Assembly: GCA_035363095.1 (NCBI GenBank)
Contig: DAOSEK010000001.1
Span: 82,473-146,472, forward strand
Length of the DNA stretch: 64,000 nt
Direction of reading: 5' to 3'
Source: Candidatus Woesearchaeota archaeon
GTDB taxonomy: Archaea > Nanobdellota > Nanobdellia > Woesearchaeales > UBA119
Below are positions 20,391 to 30,093 of this stretch, piece after piece. The notes beneath the pieces were generated by a model. The model did no database searches, had not been told where the DNA came from, and saw only the letters and a list, made by a program, of their open reading frames with translations. Position numbers and translations under genes: made by a program. The first letter of the stretch is position 1; each line of letters begins with the position of its first letter.

Positions 20391-22589
20391 ATGGCAGAAA
20401 AATTATCAGATAAGGTTACAAAACTTGCAAGGGAACCCACAAATATTAGAAATATTGCAATATGTGCTCATATTGATCATGGAAAGACTACTTTTTCAGA
20501 TAATCTTTTAGCAGGCGCTGGAATGATGTCAGAAGAGCTTGCTGGAAAGGTTTGCGCACTTGATTTTCATGATGATGAAAAGGAAAGAGGAATTACTATT
20601 GATTCTGCAGCAGTTTCTATGATTCATAAGGTAAATGAGAAGGATTTTTTGATTAATCTAATTGATACCCCAGGGCATGTGGATTTTGGGGGTAATGTAA
20701 CAAGGGCAATGAGAGCTGTTGATGGAAGCATTGTTTTGGTTTGCGCAGTTGAAGGGATTATGCCTCAGACTGAGACTGTTTTAAGACAGTCTTTAAGAGA
20801 GAAGGTTAAACCAATACTTTTTATCAATAAGGTTGATAGGCTTATAAAGGAACTTAAATTGACTCCTGAGAAAATGCAGGAGAGATTTGTTAGGGTTATT
20901 GCAGAGGTAAATAAGTTTATCAGGTCTATTTGCCCTGAGGAATTTAAGGACCAGTGGGTTGTTAAGGTTGAGGATGGGTCAGTTTGTTTTGGATCTGCGT
21001 TTCATAATTGGGCACTTTCGCTTCCATATATGAAGAACACAGGGATGTCTTTTAAGGATATTATTTCAGCATATGAGGAAAACGAAACTGAAGCGTCTAA
21101 AAAGCTTGCAAAAAGCGCTCCATTACATAAGGTTGTTTTGAATTCTGTTGTTAAGCATTTGCCTAATCCAAAGGAAGCACAAGGTTATAGGATTCCTAAA
21201 ATATGGCATGGAGATTTGGATACCCCGCAAGGACAGGCTTTAAAAAACTGCGACCCTAAGGGAGCTTTTGCAATGGTGATTACTAAGATTGTTATTGATC
21301 CTAATGCAGGAGAGATTTGTACTGGAAGGATTTTTTCAGGAACTGCAAAGAAAGGTGAAACGATATATATTGCAGGAAGAAAAGAGCAATCAAGGCTTCA
21401 ACAGATCTATATTTACAAGGGTGCCAAAAAGGATATTATTGAAGAGGTTGAGTGTGGTAATATTATTGGTATAGGAGGTGTAAAGACCTATGCAGGGGAT
21501 ACTATTACAACAGATCCAGAACTTGAACCTTTTGAGCAGATTAAACATATTTTTGATCCAGTGATTACTAAGGCAATTGAAGCGAAAAGCCCAGCTGACC
21601 TTCCAAAGCTTGTGGAGGTTTTAAGACAGGTGCAAAAGGAAGATCCTTCTATTGCAATTGTTATTAATGAAGAAACTGGAGAGTATTTGATGTCAGGGAT
21701 GGGAGAGCTTCATTTAGAGATTATTGAGAATAGGATTATCAAAGAGAAAAATCTCAATGTTAAGACTTCACCACCAATCGTTGTTTATAGAGAAACTATT
21801 ACAAAAAAATCACAGGAGTTTGAGGGAAAGTCACCAAATAAGCACAACAAGCTATATTTTGTTGTTGAACCTTTAGAACCTAAGATTTTGGAGTTAATTA
21901 AGCTTGGTGAGATTACTGATATGAGGGTTAAGAAGAAAGAAGATACTCTTTGGGGTGCTTTAGAGAAAGCAGGAATGGATGCAAAGGAAGCAAGAAAGGT
22001 AAGGGATGTTTTTAAGGGAAATCTTTTGGTTGATGGAACAAGAGGTATTGTTCACATTGGAGAGATTATAGAGATGGTAATGGATATGTTTGAGGATGTT
22101 ATGAATGCAAGCCCTCTTGCTAGGGAACCTGCGTATGGAGTTAAGGTTACTTTACTTGATGCAAAGCTTCACGAGGATTCTATCCACAGAGGACCAGCCC
22201 AGCTATATCCTGCTGTTAGAGAGGGTATTAGAGGAGCGATTATGACTGCAGGTCCAATGCTTTTAGAGCCACTCCAGATTTTAAGATTTGAAGCTCCTGA
22301 TCAATATGTTGGAGAGGTTTCTAAACTTATTGCAAATAAGAGAGGACAGCTTTTGGATATGGTACAAGAAGGGGTTCATGCAACGATAATAGGAAAGCTT
22401 CCTGTTGCTGAGATGTTTGGGCTTTCAAGTGAATTGAGATCAGCTACTGGTGGAAGAGGGTCATTCTCACTTGTTGATCAGGCTTTTGAGGTCCTACCTT
22501 ATGAGTTCCAGGATAAGATAAGAGAACAGATCAGAAGCAGAAAAGGGCTTAAGCCTTTGTCTGAAGAAAGCTTTGTTGAGACTCAGTGA
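20391..22589 (+). CDS. fusA: elongation factor EF-2
   Basis: AHIDHGKTT, RGITI, DTPGHVDF, NKVD, LHEDSIHRGPAQ (diphthamide His). Confidence 0.98.
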   Translation: MAEKLSDKVTKLAREPTNIRNIAICAHIDHGKTTFSDNLLAGAGMMSEELAGKVCALDFHDDEKERGITIDSAAVSMIHKVNEKDFLINLIDTPGHVDFGGNVTRAMRAVDGSIVLVCAVEGIMPQTETVLRQSLREKVKPILFINKVDRLIKELKLTPEKMQERFVRVIAEVNKFIRSICPEEFKDQWVVKVEDGSVCFGSAFHNWALSLPYMKNTGMSFKDIISAYEENETEASKKLAKSAPLHKVVLNSVVKHLPNPKEAQGYRIPKIWHGDLDTPQGQALKNCDPKGAFAMVITKIVIDPNAGEICTGRIFSGTAKKGETIYIAGRKEQSRLQQIYIYKGAKKDIIEEVECGNIIGIGGVKTYAGDTITTDPELEPFEQIKHIFDPVITKAIEAKSPADLPKLVEVLRQVQKEDPSIAIVINEETGEYLMSGMGELHLEIIENRIIKEKNLNVKTSPPIVVYRETITKKSQEFEGKSPNKHNKLYFVVEPLEPKILELIKLGEITDMRVKKKEDTLWGALEKAGMDAKEARKVRDVFKGNLLVDGTRGIVHIGEIIEMVMDMFEDVMNASPLAREPAYGVKVTLLDAKLHEDSIHRGPAQLYPAVREGIRGAIMTAGPMLLEPLQILRFEAPDQYVGEVSKLIANKRGQLLDMVQEGVHATIIGKLPVAEMFGLSSELRSATGGRGSFSLVDQAFEVLPYEFQDKIREQIRSRKGLKPLSEESFVETQ

Positions 22590-22645
22590 AGATAATAAAA
22601 AGTTATTTTTTATTTTTTTATATTTAGTGTACTCGATTGTTTCTT

Positions 22646-22783
22646 GATTTCGTGAATCCGTCATTCGCATACTTTTGTCTTAAAGCCGAAAGTTTGAAGA
22701 TAGGAATTTACCAAAGGCTTAAGCTAGAGTATCGGTGAGGTCCGCAGTGCATTTATGCTTAAAAGTTTTTCATTTTTATGAAT
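22646..22783 (-). repeat. dispersed repeat: degenerate linker R plus module Y
   Basis: GATTTCGTGAATCCGTCATTCGCATACTTT...GCATTTATGC..GTTTTTCATTTTTATGAA; aligns with 42480-42635. Confidence 0.75.
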
Positions 22784-22963
22784 AATGAAGAGTCTTTTGG
22801 CATGTTTAGAATATATGTTGTTTTTTCATATCTAAGCAAGGATACATATCTTCGATACATATTTTCAAATGTTATTAAATGAATATCTTATCAATAAATT
22901 AATAAATCAAAAATAAAAACCAATTGGTAAGACTACTAGATAAAATTACTACTAGATAAAATT

Positions 22964-23223
22964 GATTTCATGAAATCCAGTTCATTCGCATACTTTGGTC
23001 AATAGAAAAGCATACCTCGTGTTTCAACACGAGGACTCGGTACGCTTTTTTGTAATCAACAACCTCGCTGAATGCAGCGCATGCTTTTATATTACCAACA
23101 TACCTCGCTCTTTAGGGTGAGGTTGTTGATTTTTCAAGCCAAAGTAAGAATAGACGGCTTCATGGACGAAAAACCTCGACTATTCACGAGATACCTCGGC
23201 ATTTATGCCGAGGTTTTTCATTT
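22964..23223 (-). repeat. dispersed repeat: linker R, module X and module Y
   Basis: Contains all three 20-nt hairpins (23015-23034, 23103-23122, 23194-23213) and GATTTCATGAAATC. Confidence 0.92.
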
Positions 23224-23300
23224 GAATAACAATTAATAAGAATATATAAATGATAGTGGTGGTGGCAGTAGCTGATTAGTATGTTTTTTTTTAATCATAT

Positions 23301-23375
23301 GGACCCGTAGCCTAGTTTGGATAGGGCGACAGCCTCCTAAGCTGTAGGTCCGGGGTTCGAATCCCCGCGGGTCCG
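23301..23375 (+). tRNA. tRNA-Arg (anticodon CCT)
   Basis: Acceptor GGACCCG/CGGGTCC, anticodon arm ACAGC-CTCCTAA-GCTGT, T-arm GGGGTTCGAATCCCC; no intron, CCA not encoded. Confidence 0.97.
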
Positions 23376-23607
23376 CTTTTTTACAAATTTTCTATTCGAG
23401 CAAAAGAGCTTTTTTAAAGAAGAAAATTTATATGGAGCATAAGCAATAAAAACCGCTATTATGGGAGTAAATATACGCAATTAAAAGAGTTTCTATTTTA
23501 ATTCCATATAAAGGGCTTAATAAACGTTTAAGAAATACCGATAAAGTGCCCAAATGGCTTTGCGCTATTATTTTGAATAAAGGAAAATATGTATTTAGAG
23601 AAATTTT

Positions 23608-24069
23608 TTAATCTAATAAGAATCTTTTAAGTATGTATTCTGAAAGATAGCTTATTCTTTCATGTGCTAGATTTGAGTAGTTAGTTATTATGCAAGATTC
23701 AATTATTCCCTGAGCTTTTTGAGAGCTTAAGTTTTTTAGCGAATGAGTTTTAAGTTGCTCACAGCAGATGTTACATAAGTCATTTAATTTTTTTATGTCA
23801 TCTTTGGCTTTTTTTGAAAGCTCATTTCCTAAAACTAAATGGGTTTCATTAAGCCCTTCTTCAAAGTAGCCTCCGTATAAAGATATATTTTTAGGAGAAT
23901 ATAATGAATTTACTATTTTTTTCCTTTCTTCTTTATCAAAGTGAGAAATACTAGGTGGTGGAGAATTTAGAACTTTTTCAATACAAGACTGTCTTGAGTT
24001 ATTATCATCTAAACAGTCTTTTTCACACCAAAAAAATATGTCTGAAAAGTAATCGTCGTGGTCAACCAA
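23608..24069 (-). CDS. hypothetical protein
   Basis: 153-aa ORF with non-ATG start after AGGTG; no recognised motif. Confidence 0.5.
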   Translation of the reverse strand: MVDHDDYFSDIFFWCEKDCLDDNNSRQSCIEKVLNSPPPSISHFDKEERKKIVNSLYSPKNISLYGGYFEEGLNETHLVLGNELSKKAKDDIKKLNDLCNICCEQLKTHSLKNLSSQKAQGIIESCIITNYSNLAHERISYLSEYILKRFLLD

Positions 24070-24217
24070 AAAAACACCTTTTTTTTTCCTTGAGTTGATT
24101 GTTTTTTTGCTTTTTCCTTTTTTAAATTATTAGGTGTTACCAAATATATTTTAAAGAAGGCTTTTTTTGCTTATAAGTTAGAAATTTATTTAAATGGCTT
24201 ATTTATCCATAACGTTT

Positions 24218-24895
24218 ATGAAGATTTTAAAGATTGGCTTTGGGAAAAACCCAAATATAGGATTGTACGTTTTTGCCTCAACAAAGTTTTGTTTGGTACC
24301 AAAAACTATAAGGGATAACGATTTAAAGCAGATTGAAGATACTTTGGGCGTTAAAGCGTATAAGGTAAGTATTGCAGGAACAGAGCTTTTAGGGGTTTTT
24401 TGTTCAGGAAATTCAAGCGTGTTGATGGTACCAGAGATTGCTTTTGAATCAGAAATAAGAGATATTGAAAAGATTTGCAAGGAAAATGGAGTCAGACTTT
24501 ATGTTTTAGAAAGTGAAAAGACTGCTTTGGGAAATCTTGTAAAGGCTAATGATAAGGGGATTGTTTTAAGTAGTCAGTTTTCTAAAAGTGAGATTGATGC
24601 GATAGAGTCTGTATTTGCGCTTAAGTCTATATCTTTGGATGTTTCAGAAAGCCTTACTATTGGGTCAGGGCTTGTAATTAATAATAGTAAAGGGATTGTT
24701 CATAATAATATGGATGATAAAGATCTTGAGAGTGTTAAGAATGTTTTGGGTATTCAAGCAATAAGAGGGACTATTAATTTTGGACAAGCTTATGTGAGTA
24801 GTGGACTTGTTATGAATGATTATGGATTTATCATTGGCGATTTGTCAAGTGGTGTAGAGATTATGGATGTTGATGAGTTTTTGAATAGTGAATGA
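24218..24895 (+). CDS. eif6: translation initiation factor 6 (aIF6)
   Basis: NPNIGLY, IAGTELLGVF..GNS, TALGNLV.AND.G, GTINFG..YVSSG; start could be 24194. Confidence 0.9.
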   Translation: MKILKIGFGKNPNIGLYVFASTKFCLVPKTIRDNDLKQIEDTLGVKAYKVSIAGTELLGVFCSGNSSVLMVPEIAFESEIRDIEKICKENGVRLYVLESEKTALGNLVKANDKGIVLSSQFSKSEIDAIESVFALKSISLDVSESLTIGSGLVINNSKGIVHNNMDDKDLESVKNVLGIQAIRGTINFGQAYVSSGLVMNDYGFIIGDLSSGVEIMDVDEFLNSE

Positions 24896-24899
24896 TTTT

Positions 24900-25058
24900 G
24901 ATTTCATGAAATCCTCGTTCATTTGCATACTTTGATCTTTTGGGTCAGAGTAAGAAGAGAGGGGCTCACTAAACGATTAACAAAGAGAAATTCAAGTAAG
25001 GAGAAACCTTTAACTATCTGCAAGGCACTTAGGGCGTTTATGCTTCAAGGTTTTTTTT
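24900..25058 (-). repeat. dispersed repeat: linker R plus degenerate module Y
   Basis: GATTTCATGAAATCCTCGTTCATTTGCATACTTTG...AACCTTTAACTATC..GCGTTTATGC..AGGTTTTT. Confidence 0.75.
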
Positions 25059-25088
25059 GGAAGTTTATTTTAGGAGAATTGTGTTAAA

Positions 25089-25502
25089 ATGAAAGGAATT
25101 GAAAGAGATTTGGATTTGAAACGCCAAGAGTACGCAGAGCTTATTAATCAAGTTATGGGACTTCAAAATGAATATAATAATGTTCATAACCAAATACAGG
25201 ATACTTTGGTTTCAATTGAGGCAGTTAAGGCATTTGATGAGCTTAAAGATGAGGAAAGGTCACAAAGTCTTGTGTCTTTGGCACCAGGAATTTATGTTAA
25301 AGCAGATATTTGTAAGGGCAATAAACTTTTTTTAAATGTTGGTGCTAAGAGTATTGTTGTTAAAAGACCAAGCGAGACTATAAAACTTTTAGAGGCTAAA
25401 AGACAGGAACTTTTGGAGTATGCTTCAAATGTTAAGATTGCAATTAACCAAAGTGCGATAAGGATTGAAGAGTTGAAAAGTGAGCTTGATAATCAAGAGT
25501 AA
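25089..25502 (+). CDS. pfdA: prefoldin subunit alpha
   Basis: Coiled-coil / beta-hairpin (LVSLAPGIYVKA..LFLNVGAKSIV) / coiled-coil; directly upstream of ftsY. Confidence 0.85.
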   Translation: MKGIERDLDLKRQEYAELINQVMGLQNEYNNVHNQIQDTLVSIEAVKAFDELKDEERSQSLVSLAPGIYVKADICKGNKLFLNVGAKSIVVKRPSETIKLLEAKRQELLEYASNVKIAINQSAIRIEELKSELDNQE

Positions 25503-25525
25503 AAGGAGTTTTGTGGTGGTTTTAA

Positions 25526-26749
25526 ATGTTTGAGTTTTTCAAAAAGAAGCTAAAAGGGGCAATTGATAAGATAACAAAGAAGGTTAGTGATGAGGGGGGT
25601 TTGGATACAGATTCTTTTGAGAAAGTAGTTTTGGATTCTAAAAACCCACAAGAAATAGCGATTCAACCACAGTCTTTTGATGACCTTTTAAAAGATAAAG
25701 ATTCTTATGAGAGTAATGTAAAACAGGATGAAACTGAGATTGAGGAAGATAGTACTGATAATGTTTTGGATGTTAAAGATTTAAATGATGAAGTTATTAT
25801 TAAGGAAGATGAGAAAGATATTGATATTAAAAAATCAGATGATAAGCCTGAAGAATTGGGAAAGGAAAAAAAGAAAGGATTTTTTGGCAAACTTTTCCAA
25901 AAGATTTCTACTACTAAGATTAATGAGACTAAATTTGATGAGATTTTTTGGGAGATTGAATTAACTCTTCTTGAGAATAATGTTGCATATCTTGTTATTG
26001 ATAAGATAAAGGAAGATTTAAAGGTTAGGCTACTTGATAAAGAGGTGTCAAGATCAGATATAAAGAGTATTATTTTTGAAGGACTTAGGGATTCTATTTA
26101 TTCGGTTTTGCTTGAGCCATTTGATTTGGTTAAAAGGATTTTGGATTCTAAGAAAAGACCTTTTGTGATTTTGTTTGTTGGTATTAATGGAAGTGGCAAG
26201 ACTACAACTCTTGCAAAGGTTGGAAGTATGTTAAAAGATAGTGGGCTAGGTTGTGTTATTGCTGCAAGTGATACTTTTAGGGCTGCTGCAATTCAACAGC
26301 TTGAGGAGCATGCGAATAATCTTTCTATTAAGATGATTAAGCATGATTATGGCTCTGATTCTTCGGCAGTTGCTTTTGATGCGATAAGGCATGCAGAGTC
26401 TAAGGGGGTCGATGTGGTTTTAATCGATTCTGCAGGAAGGCTTCATTCAAATTCTAATTTAATGGATGAGCTTAAAAAGCTTTCAAGGGTTACAAAGCCT
26501 GATTTAAAGATTTTTGTTGGCGAGAGCATCACAGGAAATGATTGTATTGAGCAGGCTGAGAAGTTTAATGATGCAATAGGATTAGATGCAATTATTTTGA
26601 CTAAGGCAGATATTGATGAGAAGGGAGGAACTGCAATTTCTATAAGCCATGTTATTAAAAAACCAATTTTATTTTTGGGAAAGGGACAAAATTATAAGGA
26701 TTTGGAGAAATTTAATCCTGAAAAAGTTGTTGAATCTATTTTTGGTTAG
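25526..26749 (+). CDS. ftsY: signal recognition particle receptor FtsY
   Basis: GINGSGKTTT, DTFRAAAIQQL, DSAGR, TKAD, GKGQ; acidic N-terminus. Confidence 0.97.
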   Translation: MFEFFKKKLKGAIDKITKKVSDEGGLDTDSFEKVVLDSKNPQEIAIQPQSFDDLLKDKDSYESNVKQDETEIEEDSTDNVLDVKDLNDEVIIKEDEKDIDIKKSDDKPEELGKEKKKGFFGKLFQKISTTKINETKFDEIFWEIELTLLENNVAYLVIDKIKEDLKVRLLDKEVSRSDIKSIIFEGLRDSIYSVLLEPFDLVKRILDSKKRPFVILFVGINGSGKTTTLAKVGSMLKDSGLGCVIAASDTFRAAAIQQLEEHANNLSIKMIKHDYGSDSSAVAFDAIRHAESKGVDVVLIDSAGRLHSNSNLMDELKKLSRVTKPDLKIFVGESITGNDCIEQAEKFNDAIGLDAIILTKADIDEKGGTAISISHVIKKPILFLGKGQNYKDLEKFNPEKVVESIFG

Positions 26750-26771
26750 TTAGGTCTGTTGATTATGGATT

Positions 26772-27275
26772 TTATTTTGCAAGGTAGTTAATGGAAGGGT
26801 ATCCTTTGAGGGCTAATATGTACCAAGGTCTTTCGATGTAGTATACTGTTTTGTTGGTTTTAATATAGCTTTTTATTGTATTTTTTATGTCCTGAGTGCT
26901 TTCGCAAGCTCTAAACGAGTAGACTATGTCTGAATAAGTGTATACTGAAATGTCTGGAGTCTTTGAAGGGGTGTTTGAGAGCACCATTGTTTCTTTGGCG
27001 TTTGTTATTGAGATTGTTTTATTTGTGTCCAAGAAGAGTATATTTATTGCAGGTGGTTCTCCTAAAAAACCATGAAGTTTGTAAAAGCCGGCTTGGGTTA
27101 GGTAGTATTCAAGCTCATAATAAAATGTTTCTTGTGTGTATACCTGTATTCTTGTCGTGTTTGGTTTTTGGATATGGATTGAATAAAAAAGCATTGCAAA
27201 GGCAATGGAGAATACAATTATTAGAGATATGAAAATAAATATTGTTTTTAGCTTCATAAATGGATAAAAATGCAA
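26772..27275 (-). CDS. hypothetical protein with N-terminal membrane anchor
   Basis: Hydrophobic N-terminus; real start may be the downstream Met (MKLKT). Confidence 0.6.
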   Translation of the reverse strand: MHFYPFMKLKTIFIFISLIIVFSIAFAMLFYSIHIQKPNTTRIQVYTQETFYYELEYYLTQAGFYKLHGFLGEPPAINILFLDTNKTISITNAKETMVLSNTPSKTPDISVYTYSDIVYSFRACESTQDIKNTIKSYIKTNKTVYYIERPWYILALKGYPSINYLAK

Positions 27276-27525
27276 GGATATATAAAAAGCTTTTTTAAAA
27301 TTGAATAGTGAAATAGGAATTGCAAAATTGGTGGGATTTGAGTTATGAGGGTTTTTTCAGAGTGAATATATGTGGGGGTTTATTAAGTAACATTGAACTT
27401 TGAATTGATTCTATTTGTTAAATTCATGATGAATTGACTGAGGGTTAGCGCAATGATTTTTCAATGAATGAAAACATCTAAAAGGGTTGAAAATCCAGTA
27501 TAGGCAAGGATAATGAACAAGATTA

Positions 27526-28233
27526 TTATGATGAGTTAGGTCCAATTTCTTTTAATCTTTCTTGATTAGTAATATATCTTGATGCAATTTCCTCAAGACC
27601 TTTTTTTGAATGAATGTCAGTGATGCCAGAAAATAATAAATCTGCACCTTCTAAAATTGGTTTAATATTAGGATTTTTTATTGCATATTCTGGCATTGTA
27701 TTTTTATGAATAATTCCATTGGTTTTAATGGCGTTATCAATTCTGTGAACAAGAGAATTCATTTGTTTATCTCTTTCTTGTTTATCACCAGAAGGCATAT
27801 AATGTAAAATTATTTGATGGGTTTGGTATGCAGGAAAAGTATGCATACCACCGATATTATCTGTAGGAAAAGGACGTTTTACATCAGTTCTAAATCCAAT
27901 AACATATTTTCCAAATAATTTTGCATAAGAAGCCTCAACTACTACTCCTTCATCAATAGGTTCATCGAAGTTTACAACAACGACATCACTTCTTGGAATA
28001 AAAATGCCCATATCAAGAAGATAAATTATATTCTGAAATGCAGAGTTGATTTGATCTTGTTGAAGTTTTCCTAAAAGAGCTTTTGTTAAATTTCCAAATT
28101 CAAAACCATCTCTTTGAGGAAAATTTGCTTTGTAACCAAGTCCTTCTAATCCTTCAACTAATTGAGAATTGAAATGCGTTTCTCTGCCATTAAATAATGT
28201 AGCAGCAGGATATATTATGATTTTTTTTGTCAT
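27526..28233 (-). CDS. nucleoside 2-deoxyribosyltransferase family protein
   Basis: IYPAATLF, FPQRDG, DVVVVNFD..DEGVVVEASYA..GKYVIGFRTD. Confidence 0.8.
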   Translation of the reverse strand: MTKKIIIYPAATLFNGRETHFNSQLVEGLEGLGYKANFPQRDGFEFGNLTKALLGKLQQDQINSAFQNIIYLLDMGIFIPRSDVVVVNFDEPIDEGVVVEASYAKLFGKYVIGFRTDVKRPFPTDNIGGMHTFPAYQTHQIILHYMPSGDKQERDKQMNSLVHRIDNAIKTNGIIHKNTMPEYAIKNPNIKPILEGADLLFSGITDIHSKKGLEEIASRYITNQERLKEIGPNSS

Positions 28234-28281
28234 AGAATAAAGAAATCTCATTAGTGATATAAATTTATCTGTGATTGTGTT

Positions 28282-28535
28282 AAATCAACAACCTCGCCCT
28301 AAATGGCGAGGTATGTTGGTAATATAAAAGCATGCGCTAAATTCGGCGAGGTTGTTGATTACAAAAAAGCGTACTGAGTCCTCGTGTTGAAACACGAGAT
28401 ATCCTTTTCTATCAATGAAAAACCTCGAAATAAATGCCACGTTATCTTGCGAATAGTTAAGGTCAATCGTTGCGTTAATCTGTCTCTTTTGATTTTGCTC
28501 TGAAAATGAAGGTATACTACTAAAAGGATTTCACT
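28282..28535 (+). repeat. dispersed repeat: module X, degenerate module Y and linker remnant
   Basis: AAATCAACAACCTCGCCCTAAATGGCGAGGTATG...CCTCGTGTTGAAACACGAGA..GAAAAACCTCGAAATAAATGCC. Confidence 0.9.
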
Positions 28536-28543
28536 ACATAAAT

Positions 28544-29218
28544 TTATTTAAAGAACTCTAGCTTATTTTGATAAAGTATGCCCTGTTTTAGTTCAACAGG
28601 CCTAAACTCATCTATTATGAGCGTTGCGTTAAGCCATGCTGATAGCTCTTCTGGGTTTCCGATTGTTGCTGAAAGGGATATGAATTGCGCAGTTGGGCAG
28701 ATATCTTTTAGAAGGGTTATTACTACTTCAGTTGTTGGACCCCTTGATACATCGTTTAGTAGGTGTATTTCATCGATTACAAATACTCCTACATCAGTTA
28801 TCCAAGGAGTTTTATGCCGAAGAAGTGAATCAAGTTTTTCAGGTGTTAAAAGGATTAAGTCATATGTTGCAAGGATTGAATCGTTTGAGTCAAAGTCTCC
28901 GGTTGATTGGGCGATTTTTATTATTTTTTCATATTTTTTTTTGAAGTCTTTGAATTTTTCGTTTGCAAGGGCTTTTAGTGGAAGAACATATACTGCCTTT
29001 TGGTTTGATTTAAGTATTTTTTCAAGCATTGCAAGCTCTGCAATGAGTGTCTTTCCTGAAGCGGTTGGCGTGCAGATTAATAGGTTTGTCCCTTCTAAAA
29101 GCCCAGCGTTTATGGCTTTTAACTGAGCGGGCCTTAGGTTTGTTATTCCTTGGCTTTTCAATATTTCAAAAAGATTAGGGCTTATTTTTTGATTAAGGAT
29201 TTCTATTGAATTGTTCAT
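28544..29218 (-). CDS. Hel308/Ski2-like DEAD/DEAH helicase, first RecA domain only
   Basis: Q motif, PTASGKT, PLKALA, DEIH, LSAT; ends shortly after RPVEL. Confidence 0.85.
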   Translation of the reverse strand: MNNSIEILNQKISPNLFEILKSQGITNLRPAQLKAINAGLLEGTNLLICTPTASGKTLIAELAMLEKILKSNQKAVYVLPLKALANEKFKDFKKKYEKIIKIAQSTGDFDSNDSILATYDLILLTPEKLDSLLRHKTPWITDVGVFVIDEIHLLNDVSRGPTTEVVITLLKDICPTAQFISLSATIGNPEELSAWLNATLIIDEFRPVELKQGILYQNKLEFFK

Positions 29219-29220
29219 TT

Positions 29221-29859
29221 TTATTCTTCTTGGATTTGTTCAGCCCTTTGTTTTTCAATTAGAATTTCTGCGATATCACAGGGTAATGAGGCAATGTCAT
29301 CTTCTCTGAAAGGGCCTATCATTTCTCCAGAGTTATCTACGAACTGAGGAACGGGAAGCTTAAATCTTACTAGCAAAAGCCCTTTTTTGCATTCGGTTTT
29401 TGTTGGCTCTTCTTTTTTAGATTCTAATATCGAGATGTCAGGCTTTTCAAATACAAAAAGCTTATCTAAAACTGCTCTTTTATAGCTTGAGTAAAATTCT
29501 TCTAATGCGTTATATAGTACTTTTTCTTCGGAAAGCATAAGCCTTAGGTCTGTACCCTTTTGGCCTGTTCTAACAGATAGAAATGCTAGGTCTGTTATTT
29601 TTTGCGCTCTTTTTTCAAGTATGTCTTTTACAAGGTTTTTTATGTTTGTTATCTCTTTTAGCTTTTTTTGCCTTTCAACTGAGAATATTAGGTCGTCAGT
29701 TTTGAATTGTGTTAGAGATTTTTGCTTTTCTTTAAGATATCCTAAGAGGTCCTCAAAAAAGCTTGAGTCTATCTCTTGGAGCTCTCCAGATTTTTTCTCT
29801 TTTAATAAGAGATTATAGAGTGTTTCGAATGTGATGTTTATTTTGGTTTTTTCTTCCAT
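29221..29859 (-). CDS. DNA replication complex GINS subunit (Gins51/GINS15)
   Basis: EKKSGELQEIDSSFF helical A domain; C-terminal B domain VPQFV..GPFREDDIASLP..AEILI. Confidence 0.85.
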   Translation of the reverse strand: MEEKTKINITFETLYNLLLKEKKSGELQEIDSSFFEDLLGYLKEKQKSLTQFKTDDLIFSVERQKKLKEITNIKNLVKDILEKRAQKITDLAFLSVRTGQKGTDLRLMLSEEKVLYNALEEFYSSYKRAVLDKLFVFEKPDISILESKKEEPTKTECKKGLLLVRFKLPVPQFVDNSGEMIGPFREDDIASLPCDIAEILIEKQRAEQIQEE

Positions 29860-30093
29860 TAGGATTATAGTATAGTTGTTTTGTTTATAATGTTTTTTGA
29901 ATTAGAGAGATTAATTTAACAGATTGAACTTTATTTAAATGGCTAATCGTAAGCAGAAAAGATTTTTTTCATTTTATGCAATCTTATATGTAATCTCATA
30001 TTAAATATTTTTAATGAAATACGCTACTTTCCAATAGTAACAAAAGAAAACTTTATAAATTACTTCGAGTTACATCCGCTAAGGTGATATTTT

